From an uncultured Actinomycetota bacterium (GTDB lineage Bacteria > Actinomycetota > UBA4738 > HRBIN12), in contig CAWIUW010000013.1 of assembly GCA_963839395.1 (NCBI GenBank), positions 25,870 through 89,869 of the forward strand: 64,000 nt of DNA. Reading direction: 5' to 3'. The notes beneath the pieces were generated by a model. The model made no database searches. It saw only the letters and a list, made by a program, of their open reading frames with translations, and was not told the DNA's origin. The position numbers and the translations under genes are program-made. Shown piece by piece: positions 25,648 through 35,485 of this stretch (position 1 is the first letter of the stretch; every line of letters starts with the position of its first letter).

Positions 25648-27846
25648 ATGAAGACACTTCCTCGATCGGTGAAGCTCCTGATCGCGGGAGCCACGCTCCT
25701 GGGCATCGGCTGCGTCGCGATCCGGGTCCCCGAGATCGCTCGCTGGGACGTGGAGGACGTCCTCGCCGTCATCGTCATCGCAGGACTCACGCTCGCCGCC
25801 GAGCGGTGCTCGATCCCACTTCGCCGCGGAACCGAAACCGTGAACTTCGCGCTCACGGACGGCGTGTGGGCCGGCGCGCTCCTTCTCGTCACACCGGGAG
25901 TGCTGACGGTGGCGGTGCTCGTGGGCGTGCTCGTCGGGCAGGCACTGAACCGCTGGAAGCCGTTCAAGATCGCCTACAACGTCTCGCAGTTCCTGATCGG
26001 CCTGACGCTCGCGGAGCTCACCCTCGCGTTCCTGAGCACGTGGGGCGCCGGTCCGACGGACCCTGCGCGCTGGGCCGCGGTCCTGATCGCGATGTTCGTC
26101 GCCTTCGCCGTCAACGCGAGCGCGATCATGCTCGTGGTGTCGATGGTCGAGGGCACTCGCTTCATCGACGTGTTCCGTCTCCCCCTCGCGTTGAACGTGA
26201 TGCACTGGCTCGGCAACGTGTTCCTCGGCATCCTCGGCGCATTGGTCTGGGCCGCCGAACCCGTTGCCCTGATCCTGATGATCGCGCCGGTCGCCCTCGC
26301 GTACGTCACCTACCGGCGTTGGGTGGAGGGCATCCGGGAACGCGATCAGATGCGCGACCTCTACGAGGCGGGAAGCACGCTCGTCGCCCCGCTGGCCGCG
26401 ACGCAGACCTTCGGCGACTTCCTCGGACTGCTCGAGAAGCTGCTCCCGGCCGATCGCGTGGAGCTCGTCGTCGTCGACGAGAACACCGTCGCGGTGCACA
26501 CCTCGACGGGGATCCGCCACCTCACGGTCGACGACGCGGGAGCGGATCCGCTCGACGCCTTCGTCGCGGTGCACAGCGGGATCGCTCCCCAGATCGCACT
26601 CGTCGGCGACGGGGAGGACGTCCGTGGGGTCCTCGCCGTGTACCGGAGTGAGGTCCTCACCGCGACGGAGCGTTCCCTCCTCGACGGGTTCGCGGCCCAG
26701 ATCGCAACCCGACTCCGGAACCACCGGATGTACGGGAAAACGCTCGAGCGCGCGCGGCTCTCCGAGATCGTCTCGCATACATCCGACGGCGTTTTCACGG
26801 TCGACCTCGAGGGACGGATCACGACGTGGAACCCGGCGATGCACACGCTGGTGGGCTACTCCGAGGACGACGCGATCGGCCGGCGGTGCGAGGAGCTCCT
26901 CGGCCTCGGGCTGCTCACGGTCCTCGCGGACGACGACGCAGGGAACGGCGCACTCGGCGGTACGACTGCCACGACGAAGGATGGGGCACTGAAGGAGCTT
27001 CGGCTCCGCACGAGCACGATCCGCGACGACGAGGGGGCGCCGCCCGCCCGGATCGTCGTGGTTCGCGACGTCGGCGAGGAGATGAAGGCGGAGCAGATCA
27101 AGCGCGACTTCGTGTCGATGGTCTCCCACGAGCTCCGCTCACCCCTGACGCCACTCCGCGGATTCCTCTCGAGCCTCGTCGAGGGCACCGTCGACGACGC
27201 TCCCGAGAAACGTCACGAGTACTACCGGATCATGCTGCGGCAGGCGCAGCGGTTGGAGCGAGTCGTGAACGACATGCTCGATGTCTCGCTGATCGAAGCC
27301 GGCGGGCTCGTGGTGGATCTCCAGCCGGTGTCGGTGGACCATGTGTTGAGCCGCGTGGTGAAGGAGTTCCGCGACCAGCACCCGGACCGCCCCGTCGTCC
27401 TCCGCGACCTCGATCGGACCGCGACCGTGTTCGCCGATCCCTTCCGCGTGGAGCAGGTGGTGCTGAACCTGCTGTCGAATGCCCACAAGTACACCCCCGC
27501 GGCGCTGCCCATCAGGGTGAGCACCATGACCTCGGAAGGGTCGGTCACCATCGCGGTGCGCGATCAAGGCGCAGGCATCGCGCCGGAGCATCGCGAGATG
27601 ATCTTCGACCGCTTCTACCGGGTGCAGGACGACCCGGCCTCGCGGCAACCTGGGACCGGCCTCGGCCTCTACATCGCGCGAACGCTCGTCGAGGCGATGT
27701 CCGGGCAGATCTGGGTGGACTCCGAGCTCGGCGCCGGCACGACCTTCTTGTTCAGCCTGCAGACCATCGACGTGGACCACCTCGCGGAGATCACGCTGGA
27801 CGAGCTCCCGCGGTCGGCCGAGGTGGCTCTCGTCCCCATGCCGTAG
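25648..27846 (+). CDS. Orphan sensor histidine kinase with a 7TM N-terminal domain, GAF-like, PAS, HisKA and HATPase_c (copy 1). It lies 12 bp downstream of the protease.
   Basis: ATG 25648 with GAGGAGAG SD. TM block MKTLPRSVKLLIAGATLLGIGCV...RCSIPLRRG... H-box VSHELRSPLTPLRGF. N/G1/G2 boxes LLSNAHKYT, GTGLGLYIARTLVEAMSGQIWVDSELGAGTTF. Confidence 0.85.
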   Translation: MKTLPRSVKLLIAGATLLGIGCVAIRVPEIARWDVEDVLAVIVIAGLTLAAERCSIPLRRGTETVNFALTDGVWAGALLLVTPGVLTVAVLVGVLVGQALNRWKPFKIAYNVSQFLIGLTLAELTLAFLSTWGAGPTDPARWAAVLIAMFVAFAVNASAIMLVVSMVEGTRFIDVFRLPLALNVMHWLGNVFLGILGALVWAAEPVALILMIAPVALAYVTYRRWVEGIRERDQMRDLYEAGSTLVAPLAATQTFGDFLGLLEKLLPADRVELVVVDENTVAVHTSTGIRHLTVDDAGADPLDAFVAVHSGIAPQIALVGDGEDVRGVLAVYRSEVLTATERSLLDGFAAQIATRLRNHRMYGKTLERARLSEIVSHTSDGVFTVDLEGRITTWNPAMHTLVGYSEDDAIGRRCEELLGLGLLTVLADDDAGNGALGGTTATTKDGALKELRLRTSTIRDDEGAPPARIVVVRDVGEEMKAEQIKRDFVSMVSHELRSPLTPLRGFLSSLVEGTVDDAPEKRHEYYRIMLRQAQRLERVVNDMLDVSLIEAGGLVVDLQPVSVDHVLSRVVKEFRDQHPDRPVVLRDLDRTATVFADPFRVEQVVLNLLSNAHKYTPAALPIRVSTMTSEGSVTIAVRDQGAGIAPEHREMIFDRFYRVQDDPASRQPGTGLGLYIARTLVEAMSGQIWVDSELGAGTTFLFSLQTIDVDHLAEITLDELPRSAEVALVPMP

Positions 27847-27849
27847 TCG

Positions 27850-28917
27850 CTAGGGAGCGGTCGGGACCGGAGCCGGGCGGAACGCAGCGAGGACGATCCG
27901 GAAGGTCGTTCCACGTCCCTCCTCACTCTCCACCGTGATGGAACCGCCGTGGGCCTCCACGATCGCCTTCGTGATCGACAGGCCGAGCCCGGTGCCGCCG
28001 TTGCTCCTCGCGCGATCGGTCTCGACGCGGGTGAAGCGGTCGAAGATCCGCGGGAGGTCCTCGGCGCGGATGCCTCGCCCCTGGTCCGTCACATCGATCA
28101 CGAGGCGCCCGTCGTCCGACCGACACTCGACACGGATCGTGTCCCCGTCGTCCGTCGCTTCGACCGCGTTCTCCAGTACCGCGTCGAGGGCGGTCTCCAG
28201 ACGCGCGCGATCGGCGCGGATCGTTCCGCGCGCCGTGATCTCCACCTTCCAATCGCGCGCGGCCGTCGGCTCCCACCGGCGCACCCATCCCTCGACGAAC
28301 GACTCCACCTGCACCGGACCCGTCGTCAGGAAGCCCGGATGTCCCGCCGTCGTCAGGACGAGCAGCCGTTCCGACAGGCTCGAAAGATGTCCGAGCTCGT
28401 CGAGGATCACCTCGGCGTCCTTCGAGACCTGTCCGTTGAGCCCCGAGTCGCGGATCAGCTCCGCGTGACCGCGCGCCACGGTGATCGGTGTCCGGAGCTC
28501 GTGCGATGCGTCGCGCACGAACTCGCGCTGCCCCATCAGGAGAAGGTGTTCCGATTCGGCCAGCCGCCCGGCCTCCTCGGTTGCGGTGCGCCGCCGTTCC
28601 GCGTGCCACACCATCGCGACGAACATCGCCGCCATCAGCGGGACCTCCGCGAGCTCATCGGGGCTCTCGTGGCCGCGCGCGATCGACCATGTGAGGGCGG
28701 CGCCGGTGACGGCCATCACGACGACCAACAGGACCATCGTCGTGCGGAGGCGCCACAGCCGGATCCCGTAGACGAGCGTGAGACTGACCCAGATGAAATG
28801 GAACGGGATCGTCTCCCAGTGGCTCAGCAACGCGATGACCACCAGGTTGGCCGCGGCGAACACGCCCCACGCGAGCTCGACCCAGCGCCTACGGAGCGTT
28901 GAACCGATATCCGACAT
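27850..28917 (-). CDS. Sensor histidine kinase (2 TM, HAMP-less, HisKA + HATPase_c), partner of the adjacent OmpR-type regulator
   Basis: ASHELRTPITVARGHAELI (H-box). GTGLGLSITKAIVEAHGGSITVESEEGRGTTF. Overlaps the regulator gene by 29 nt. Confidence 0.85.
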   Translation of the reverse strand: MSDIGSTLRRRWVELAWGVFAAANLVVIALLSHWETIPFHFIWVSLTLVYGIRLWRLRTTMVLLVVVMAVTGAALTWSIARGHESPDELAEVPLMAAMFVAMVWHAERRRTATEEAGRLAESEHLLLMGQREFVRDASHELRTPITVARGHAELIRDSGLNGQVSKDAEVILDELGHLSSLSERLLVLTTAGHPGFLTTGPVQVESFVEGWVRRWEPTAARDWKVEITARGTIRADRARLETALDAVLENAVEATDDGDTIRVECRSDDGRLVIDVTDQGRGIRAEDLPRIFDRFTRVETDRARSNGGTGLGLSITKAIVEAHGGSITVESEEGRGTTFRIVLAAFRPAPVPTAP

Positions 28918-29554
28918 TCCGCACCGTCTCGATCACGTCGCCGCCGAGCTTGGCTCGGAGGCGTCCCACGCAGACATCCACCACGTTGCTTCCCGGATCG
29001 AAGGAGTAGCCCCAGACGTCGGCGAGCAGTCGCTGGCGACTACGCACCTCCCCCTCCTGTCGCATCAGATGCTCGAGCAGGAGGAACTCCCGTTCGCTCA
29101 GGGTCACGTGTCGCCCGTTCACCTCGGCGATGCGCCGGGTGAGATCGAGGGTCAGGCCGCCTCCCCGGAGCAACTGATGACGGGGTCCGGTGCCGGGCTG
29201 CCGCACGCGCGCCCGCACGCGGGCGAGGAGCTCGGCGAGCGAGAAGGGCTTGGAGAGGTAGTCGGAGGCGCCGAACTCCAGGCACCGGACCTTCGTCTCG
29301 ACGTCGGAGAGCGCCGACAGCACCAATACGCGCTGTTCGGGTCTGCTCTCCATCAGGCCCTGGAGGACGGACATCCCGTCGAGGCGAGGCAGGAGCAGGT
29401 CGAGCACCACCAGCTCGTAGCTGCCCGTGCTCGCGAGCTCGAGTGCGCGGATCCCGTCCTGGGCACCGTCGACCTGGAACCCCTCCGCCGCGAGCGCTCG
29501 GGACACGAAGCTGACGATCCTCGGCTCGTCGTCGACCACCAGCACCCTGGTCAC
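28889..29554 (-). CDS. OmpR/PhoB-family response regulator (REC + winged-helix)
   Basis: VLVVDDEPRIVSF...YELVVLDLLLPRLDG...LVLSALSD...VGYRF. Confidence 0.9.
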   Translation of the reverse strand: MTRVLVVDDEPRIVSFVSRALAAEGFQVDGAQDGIRALELASTGSYELVVLDLLLPRLDGMSVLQGLMESRPEQRVLVLSALSDVETKVRCLEFGASDYLSKPFSLAELLARVRARVRQPGTGPRHQLLRGGGLTLDLTRRIAEVNGRHVTLSEREFLLLEHLMRQEGEVRSRQRLLADVWGYSFDPGSNVVDVCVGRLRAKLGGDVIETVRNVGYRFNAP

Positions 29555-29569
29555 GGAGCGGATGCTAGG

Positions 29570-29668
29570 CCTGACATGGCCGGCGCGATAGTCCTATGAC
29601 GGAACCGTCATCAGACGCGTTCGGCCACGTGACCGTGAGGTGACGGTTCCCTGACGACCCTGACATGG
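29570..29668. promoter_or_regulatory. Divergent promoter region with repeated motifs, candidate response-regulator operators
   Basis: Direct repeat CCTGACATGG at 29570-79 and 29659-68. Palindrome TGACGGAACCGTCA at 29597-29610. TGACGGTTCC at 29641-50. Confidence 0.4.
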
Positions 29669-29753
29669 ACCACCTGTGGTGGGTCCCACGCCATACAGTC
29701 GCTCGCGAGCCGGCCACCTGGTCGTGGCCCGCCGACCGAGAGGGGGAACCACC

Positions 29754-30173
29754 ATGGGTTCACGCCTGCAACGGCTGCTCGTCGTCCCCGCGGCCATCGC
29801 GATCGCGCTCGCCGTCGGGGGCTGCGGAGGAGGGAGCGGGATCGGGGTCACACTCGCCGACTTCTCGATCACGCCGGATGAGACGAGCGCCTCAGCGGGC
29901 GAGCTGACCTTCGACGTGACGAACGATGCCGAACAGACGCACGAGTTCGTGATCTTCAAGACCGACCTCGCGGCCGATGCGTTGCCCACGGACGACGAAG
30001 GCCTCGTGGACGAGTCGGGCGAGGGTGTCGAGCTCGTCGATGAGATCGAGGACATCGAGGCAGGCTCCACGCAGTCGCTCACCGTGACCCTGGACGCTGC
30101 CGATTACGTCTTCATCTGCAACCTGCCCGGCCACTACGCGCAAGGGATGCACACGAGCTTCACCGTGAGCTGA
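29754..30173 (+). CDS. Cupredoxin (type-1 blue copper, plastocyanin/azurin-like) lipoprotein
   Basis: Lipobox LAVGGC after the signal peptide. Cu ligands in ...CNLPGHYAQGMH (Cys, His, Met) plus an upstream His. GAGGGGGAA SD. Confidence 0.75.
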   Translation: MGSRLQRLLVVPAAIAIALAVGGCGGGSGIGVTLADFSITPDETSASAGELTFDVTNDAEQTHEFVIFKTDLAADALPTDDEGLVDESGEGVELVDEIEDIEAGSTQSLTVTLDAADYVFICNLPGHYAQGMHTSFTVS

Positions 30174-30213
30174 GCTCGACCAGCCCCGCTCTAAGCGCAG
30201 ACGGAGGACGAGG

Positions 30214-33200
30214 CTAGGACGAGAGCTCGGCGTCCCGGGCGGCCAGCATGTGGCGCGTGCGCAGGAGTTCCTCGACACCTTCGATCGGGAGCGGCCTGGA
30301 GAAGTAGTACCCCTGACCCAGCTCGCAATGGAGCTCCAGCAGCTTGTCGAGCTGATCGGCGCGCTCGATGCCCTCCGCCACCGGACGGAGGTTGAGGATC
30401 GCCGCGAGCTCGATGATGGCGGCCGTGAGCGCCGATTCCTCTCCCCCTTCGCTCACGCCGTCCACGAAGGACTTGTCCACCTTCAAGATGTCGACCGGGA
30501 AGCGGCGGATGTAGTTGAGGGATGAATAGCCGGTCCCGAAGTCGTCGACCGCGAGCATCACGCCGAGCTGCTTGAGCTGCGTGAGGCGCTCGTTGGACAG
30601 CGCCATGTCCTGCATCATCACGCTCTCGGTGATCTCGAGCACGAGACACTCCGGCGGCAGCCCCGTCTCGAGGAGGACCTTCGCGATCTCGCGAACGATC
30701 TCGGGACGCTGCAGCTGTCGGGCGGACAGGTTCACCGCCATGTGGAGTGGGGCCGCGTCCGGGACGGATCGCTGCAAGATGTCACCCTTGCGGCACGCCT
30801 CCCGGAGCACCCAGGCACCGATCTGGACGACGAGGCCCGTCTCCTCCGCGAGCGGGATGAAGTCGAGCGGCATGACCAGGCCACGGGTCGGATGATTCCA
30901 TCGAACGAGCGCTTCGAACCCCTCGATGTCACCCGACTCCAGTCGGATCACCGGCTGGTAGTGCAGGACGAACTCTTCGTTCTCCACCGCCCGCTGGAGG
31001 TCCGCCTTGAGCTCGAGCCGGCGAAGCGCGGTGTCGTGCATCTCGGGCTCGAAGATCTGGAATCGGTTCTTCCCCGCCTCTTTCGCGATGTACATGGCGA
31101 CGTCGGCGTTCCGGAGCAGCTCCTCCGCGCCCTCGGGCCCGGTCGTCCGGCCGACGCCGGAGGTCGCGATCCCGATGCTCGCGCGAACGAAGACCTCCTT
31201 CCCGTCCAGGAGGAACGGCCCGTCGAGCGCCTGCAGGATCCGGCCGGCGACCGCGGCGGCGCCCACGCTCTCGCCTCCGTCCTCGATCAGGATCGCGAAC
31301 TCGTCCCCTCCGAGACGGGCCGCGGTGTCGGGCGTCCGCAGGCAGGTCCGCAACCGCTCGCCCACCTCGCCGAGCAGGCGGTCGCCGGCCGCGTGGCCGA
31401 GCGAGTCGTTGATCGTCTTGAAGTCGTCGAGGTCCATGAACAGCACAGACACGGGGTCGGTCTCACGGGTGAGCCGCTCCAGGGCGTGCTCCACGCGGTC
31501 CCGGAACAGCGCGCGGTTGGCGAGCCCGGTGATCGAGTCGTGGAAGGCCTGGTGTGAGAGCTGCTCCTCGAAGGCCTTGCGCTCGGAGACGTCCCGGGAG
31601 TTGAGGACGATCCCCTTCACGTTGGGGTCGTGCATCAGGTCCGTGCGGAGCGTCTCGATGTGCAACCAGAAGTCGTCTCGGTGTCGCATCCGCGACTCGA
31701 TCAGCCCGGTGGACGTCCCCGCTTCCCGTCCGCTGAGGGTCAGGAACTGCAGGACCTGCGTCTTGTCGTCGGGATGGATCAGCCGCGTGAGCTTCGTGTT
31801 CTCGAGCTCCGACGGGTCGTAGCCGAACACACCCTCGACGGAGGGACTCACGTAGCGGACGGTCGAATCCGCATCGACGACCATGACGACGTCGGTCGAG
31901 TTCTGGACGAGGGAGCGGAACCGGGCCTCGGTCTGCTGGCGGAGCAGGTCCTCGGTCAGGGCGGCGCTGTCGAGCGCGAGGGCCACCTGGGAGGTGAGCG
32001 CCTCGAGGGTGTCCCGGTTGGCCCTCGGGAGCGCGGTGGGGCCTCCCACGACGAGGAGTCCTCGCAGCTCGTCCTTCATGAACAGCGGACCGCTCAACAG
32101 GAACGCGGACTCCTCCGGGAACCCGAGGGGTCCCGCGATCTCGGACTCCTCCACCACCACCTCGTAGGAGCGGTGGGTCTTCAGGCGGTCCCGCTTCCAT
32201 TGCGGCAGGATCGAGAGCGCGATCGTATCGCCCACGACGTTTTCCCGGCCGCCGGCGGCGGCCACCACGGCATAGTTCTCTGCTTCATCGCCCACCAGGA
32301 TCCGGATCACGGCGCTCTCGCCCGCGATCGACCGGGCCGCCTGCAGGGTCGCTGCGTAGATCCCCTCGCGGTTCGTCGCCGTCACGAGCGCCGTGCCGGC
32401 GCCGCGGAGCGCCCGTTCGCGGACGGCCGACTGCTCCTGCTTGCGGACCAGACCCGCGATCCGCACGACGACCAGGAGGAACAGCGCGGCCGACGCCCCG
32501 ATCAGAACCGGCAGGTCGCCCGCGACGTTCCGCAGGTGCTGGATCATCATCACGCTGGGCGCGAGGAGCGAGGCGAGCGCGAGCAGCCAGAGTCGGCCCC
32601 TCGACAGCCGTGGCTCGTTGTCCGGGGTCCGCTCGGACAGCGCCCGCATCGAGCCGTGGAGCGCGGCCGCCCCCCACAGGATGTAGAAGGTGGCCCACCC
32701 CGCCTCGAGGTATCCGGACTGGTCGTACACGATGCCCTGGACCGACAGATAGCTGTAGGCGAAGTCCGTGACGAACAGCGCGAGGGTCGCCCCCGCCATC
32801 AGGTAGAAGGCCGGGGCTCGCCGGCCCCCGCCGATCGCGAGGCGGACGACGACCGTCAGCAGGATCAGGTCCATGACCGGGTAGCCCATCGCCGTCAGCT
32901 TCTGGAGCAAGGTCACCTGCGGGTCGTGGGCGAGCGGCGACAACAGGAAGACCCACGAGATCGTGCCGACGCCGATCGCGACGATCAGCGAGTCGATCAC
33001 ACTTTCCCGGTCTCCTCCCGGCGTGCGGAGGCGGATCAACCAGAGGATGCCGGCGATCAGGCAGGGGTAGACCGAGAGGTAGAAGACGTCGCCGGCCGAC
33101 GGGAACGGGAGCTCGGTCCCGAAGAACCGGTCGTAGTTGTACGTGATGACGTCACCCGCGACGAAGAACGCCTGGCCGAGGGCGAACAGGTACCACGGCA

Positions 33201-33366
33201 GCCGCGTCTGTGGCTTCCACATCCGGACGGCGATCACGATCACGATCGGCGAGGAGATCGCGATGACGTTGAACAGCGGCCCGAGGCGAAGACCCGGCAC
33301 GAACAGGAACGCGGCCGTCACGACGACGCCGCCACAGATATAGAGCAACCACGCTCTCTGTCTCAC
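30214..33366 (-). CDS. Membrane-bound GGDEF-EAL protein: polytopic N-terminal sensor domain, GAF-like, PAS, GGDEF diguanylate cyclase, EAL phosphodiesterase
   Basis: GGDEF (RLGGDEFAIL) and EAL (EALVRW...) motifs. About 8 TM helices. Probable GTG start at 33364-33366 (MRQRAWLLYICGG). The 1483-aa ORF-track extension upstream is spurious. Confidence 0.85.
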   Translation of the reverse strand: MRQRAWLLYICGGVVVTAAFLFVPGLRLGPLFNVIAISSPIVIVIAVRMWKPQTRLPWYLFALGQAFFVAGDVITYNYDRFFGTELPFPSAGDVFYLSVYPCLIAGILWLIRLRTPGGDRESVIDSLIVAIGVGTISWVFLLSPLAHDPQVTLLQKLTAMGYPVMDLILLTVVVRLAIGGGRRAPAFYLMAGATLALFVTDFAYSYLSVQGIVYDQSGYLEAGWATFYILWGAAALHGSMRALSERTPDNEPRLSRGRLWLLALASLLAPSVMMIQHLRNVAGDLPVLIGASAALFLLVVVRIAGLVRKQEQSAVRERALRGAGTALVTATNREGIYAATLQAARSIAGESAVIRILVGDEAENYAVVAAAGGRENVVGDTIALSILPQWKRDRLKTHRSYEVVVEESEIAGPLGFPEESAFLLSGPLFMKDELRGLLVVGGPTALPRANRDTLEALTSQVALALDSAALTEDLLRQQTEARFRSLVQNSTDVVMVVDADSTVRYVSPSVEGVFGYDPSELENTKLTRLIHPDDKTQVLQFLTLSGREAGTSTGLIESRMRHRDDFWLHIETLRTDLMHDPNVKGIVLNSRDVSERKAFEEQLSHQAFHDSITGLANRALFRDRVEHALERLTRETDPVSVLFMDLDDFKTINDSLGHAAGDRLLGEVGERLRTCLRTPDTAARLGGDEFAILIEDGGESVGAAAVAGRILQALDGPFLLDGKEVFVRASIGIATSGVGRTTGPEGAEELLRNADVAMYIAKEAGKNRFQIFEPEMHDTALRRLELKADLQRAVENEEFVLHYQPVIRLESGDIEGFEALVRWNHPTRGLVMPLDFIPLAEETGLVVQIGAWVLREACRKGDILQRSVPDAAPLHMAVNLSARQLQRPEIVREIAKVLLETGLPPECLVLEITESVMMQDMALSNERLTQLKQLGVMLAVDDFGTGYSSLNYIRRFPVDILKVDKSFVDGVSEGGEESALTAAIIELAAILNLRPVAEGIERADQLDKLLELHCELGQGYYFSRPLPIEGVEELLRTRHMLAARDAELSS

Positions 33367-33449
33367 AGGTTCGATATCGGTTCGGGGAGAAGCCGACCTT
33401 AGGAGGCGTCGTCCCTGCTCAGGCCCCTTAGATGGAGCTGTGAGGGAGC

Positions 33450-34787
33450 TCACAGGGGAGCCGGGGCGCGGCTGGGGACCGATGGCCCTTCGACCGGGGG
33501 CAGGATCCCTTCGGGGTCCTCCCGCGAGGCGTCGGCGAGGGCACCCGTTCGCTCGATGTCCCGCATGCCGGGGAGGAACAGGAACGAAAGCGTCACGATG
33601 GCACCCAGGATCCCCGCGCCCACCAGCGTGTTCCGGGGTCCGAAGATCCCGGCGACGGGGCCCGTCAGCGCGAAGGACAGCGGCACGAGACCCGTCGAGA
33701 TGAACCAGTCGAAGCTGGACACCCGGCCGAGGAGCCTCGCGGGCACCAGCCGACCCTTCGTGGTCGCCCAGACGATGGTGCCGGCGCCTTCCAGGGCGTT
33801 GAAGACGAAGCTCGCCACCATCAGCTGCCAGGGGAACGACGCGAGCCCGTAGCCGGCGATGGCGACCGTCGACAGGGTCCAGACCACGTACATGAACGTG
33901 ATGTGCTTGCGAGGCATCTCCCGGTTCCCCATGACGACCGCGGCGAACATCGCCCCGACGCCTCCGAGGGCGAGGATGAACCCGAGGTCCCGGGCCGATC
34001 CGTGCATGTGGTTCTTCACGATGAACGGAAGCAGGACTTCGGACGGTCCCCAGAAGATCAGATACGCGAGGGTCGCTGCCAGGAACGTGCCCCAGAGCCA
34101 CACCCTCGATCTCACGAACCGGAACCCTTCGCGGATGTCTTTGAACGCGCCCCTCCGCTCCTCGTGAGGACGTTCGATCTCGTGCGACCGCATCAGGGCG
34201 ACGCACACGATCGAGAGGACGAACGTGAACGCGTCGATCAGGAACGCCGGTCCCGGATGACCGCTCCACATGGCGATGAGCCACCCGCCGATCGCGGGGC
34301 CGATCATGCGGGCCGCGGCCGGGCGGATGAACTGGTCCAGTGAGTTGGCCTGGTTCAGGTCGGCACCCGGGACGAGCTGCGGGACGATCGCGTCGAAGGC
34401 CGGCCCGAAGAACGCGGTGCCGGCGCCGAAGGTCGCCGCGACGATCAGGATGTGCCAGAGCTCGAGGTTCCCGGTGATGGACAAGGCTCCGAGGATCCCG
34501 ACGCTCACCGCGCGCAGCGCGTCGGCAGCGATCATCACGCGCCGCCGGTCGAACCGGTCGCTGACGACGCCACCCACCAACAGGAAGACGATCTGCGGCA
34601 CGGTCATCGCGACGCCCACGATCGAGAGCGCCGTGGGCGCGTTCGACAGCTCGTAGACCTGCCACGCCAGGGTCACGAGGAAGATGCCGTCGCCGATCAA
34701 CGACGCGGTCATCCCGGTCCAGAGCAATCGGAAGTCGCGGTGTCGGAGGGGGCGGAGGATCCGGACGCGCTCGACCAGACCCCTCAT
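33450..34787 (-). CDS. MFS transporter (EntS/efflux-like, 12 TM)
   Basis: MRGLVERVRILRPLRHRDFRLLWTGMTASLIGDG... is a typical MFS_1 N-terminus. ATG 34785-34787 lies 2 nt after the TPR gene stop. Confidence 0.8.
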   Translation of the reverse strand: MRGLVERVRILRPLRHRDFRLLWTGMTASLIGDGIFLVTLAWQVYELSNAPTALSIVGVAMTVPQIVFLLVGGVVSDRFDRRRVMIAADALRAVSVGILGALSITGNLELWHILIVAATFGAGTAFFGPAFDAIVPQLVPGADLNQANSLDQFIRPAAARMIGPAIGGWLIAMWSGHPGPAFLIDAFTFVLSIVCVALMRSHEIERPHEERRGAFKDIREGFRFVRSRVWLWGTFLAATLAYLIFWGPSEVLLPFIVKNHMHGSARDLGFILALGGVGAMFAAVVMGNREMPRKHITFMYVVWTLSTVAIAGYGLASFPWQLMVASFVFNALEGAGTIVWATTKGRLVPARLLGRVSSFDWFISTGLVPLSFALTGPVAGIFGPRNTLVGAGILGAIVTLSFLFLPGMRDIERTGALADASREDPEGILPPVEGPSVPSRAPAPL

Positions 34788-34789
34788 GG

Positions 34790-35485
34790 TCACGCCGTCT
34801 GGGAAGCCACCCGGAGGGTGGATCGGAGGAGGTCTCGGGCCGCGATCGCTTCCCGCGTTCCCGCGAGGGCGGGTCGTTCGGCGAGGCACTCCTCCAGGTC
34901 GTCGAGGCCCATACGGACGACGCCTCGGAGACGCTCGACGCCCCCGTTGACCGCCTGGTGGATCCCGCGCTGGTACTCGAGGAACGCGCGACCGCGGTCG
35001 CCCTCGCACATCAGTGCGAGGGCGAGGTCGAACCGAACGGCCGTCCACCGTCCGTCGAGCTCGAGGGCGCGACGGAGGGTCGCGACGGCCTCCGGGTAGC
35101 TGCCGAGCCGGAGCTGGCACCACCCGATCAGCTCGAGGAGATCGATCTCCTTCTCGGCGCGAGGGGTGCCCTCGTCGATGACCGCTCGCGCGAGCCGGTT
35201 GGCCTCTTCGATGTCACCCATCCGCCGGTAGACGTTCGAGAGACCCTCCTTCGCCCAGAGCGCGGTGGGGTCCAGTTCGAGCGCGCGCGCGTAGGCGTCG
35301 CGCGCACCGGCGAGGCCGTCGGCGCCGAGGTTCTCGAGCGCCCATCCGCGCGCCGTGTGGACGGCGGGCTCGTTCGGGTGCTCGGCGACCTGCCGATCGA
35401 GCTCTTCGAGCGCCGCCTCGTATCGGCCGGCCTCGGAGAGCTCCTCCACGCGGCCCAACCCTTCGGCGACAGGACCTTTCGTCAT
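34790..35485 (-). CDS. TPR-repeat protein (231 aa)
   Basis: Repeated AxxxYxxALELDP / WAKEGL / AxxAxxRALELD helical-repeat signatures. Confidence 0.7.
   Translation of the reverse strand: MTKGPVAEGLGRVEELSEAGRYEAALEELDRQVAEHPNEPAVHTARGWALENLGADGLAGARDAYARALELDPTALWAKEGLSNVYRRMGDIEEANRLARAVIDEGTPRAEKEIDLLELIGWCQLRLGSYPEAVATLRRALELDGRWTAVRFDLALALMCEGDRGRAFLEYQRGIHQAVNGGVERLRGVVRMGLDDLEECLAERPALAGTREAIAARDLLRSTLRVASQTA

Noticed and set aside
25402-25650. ELELMELDELELE-type ORFs on the other frames and strand of the 18-bp repeats (also 44534..45034)
   Set aside because: They are frame artefacts of the SWSS-coding tandem repeats. The protease frame is continuous with an S8 catalytic domain.
33367-34665. 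N-terminal 433-aa extension of the 1483-aa GGDEF-EAL ORF
   Set aside because: It overlaps the MFS transporter gene on the same strand in another frame and is Arg/Pro-rich. The GGDEF-EAL protein has a plausible GTG start with a positive-inside N-terminus at 33366.
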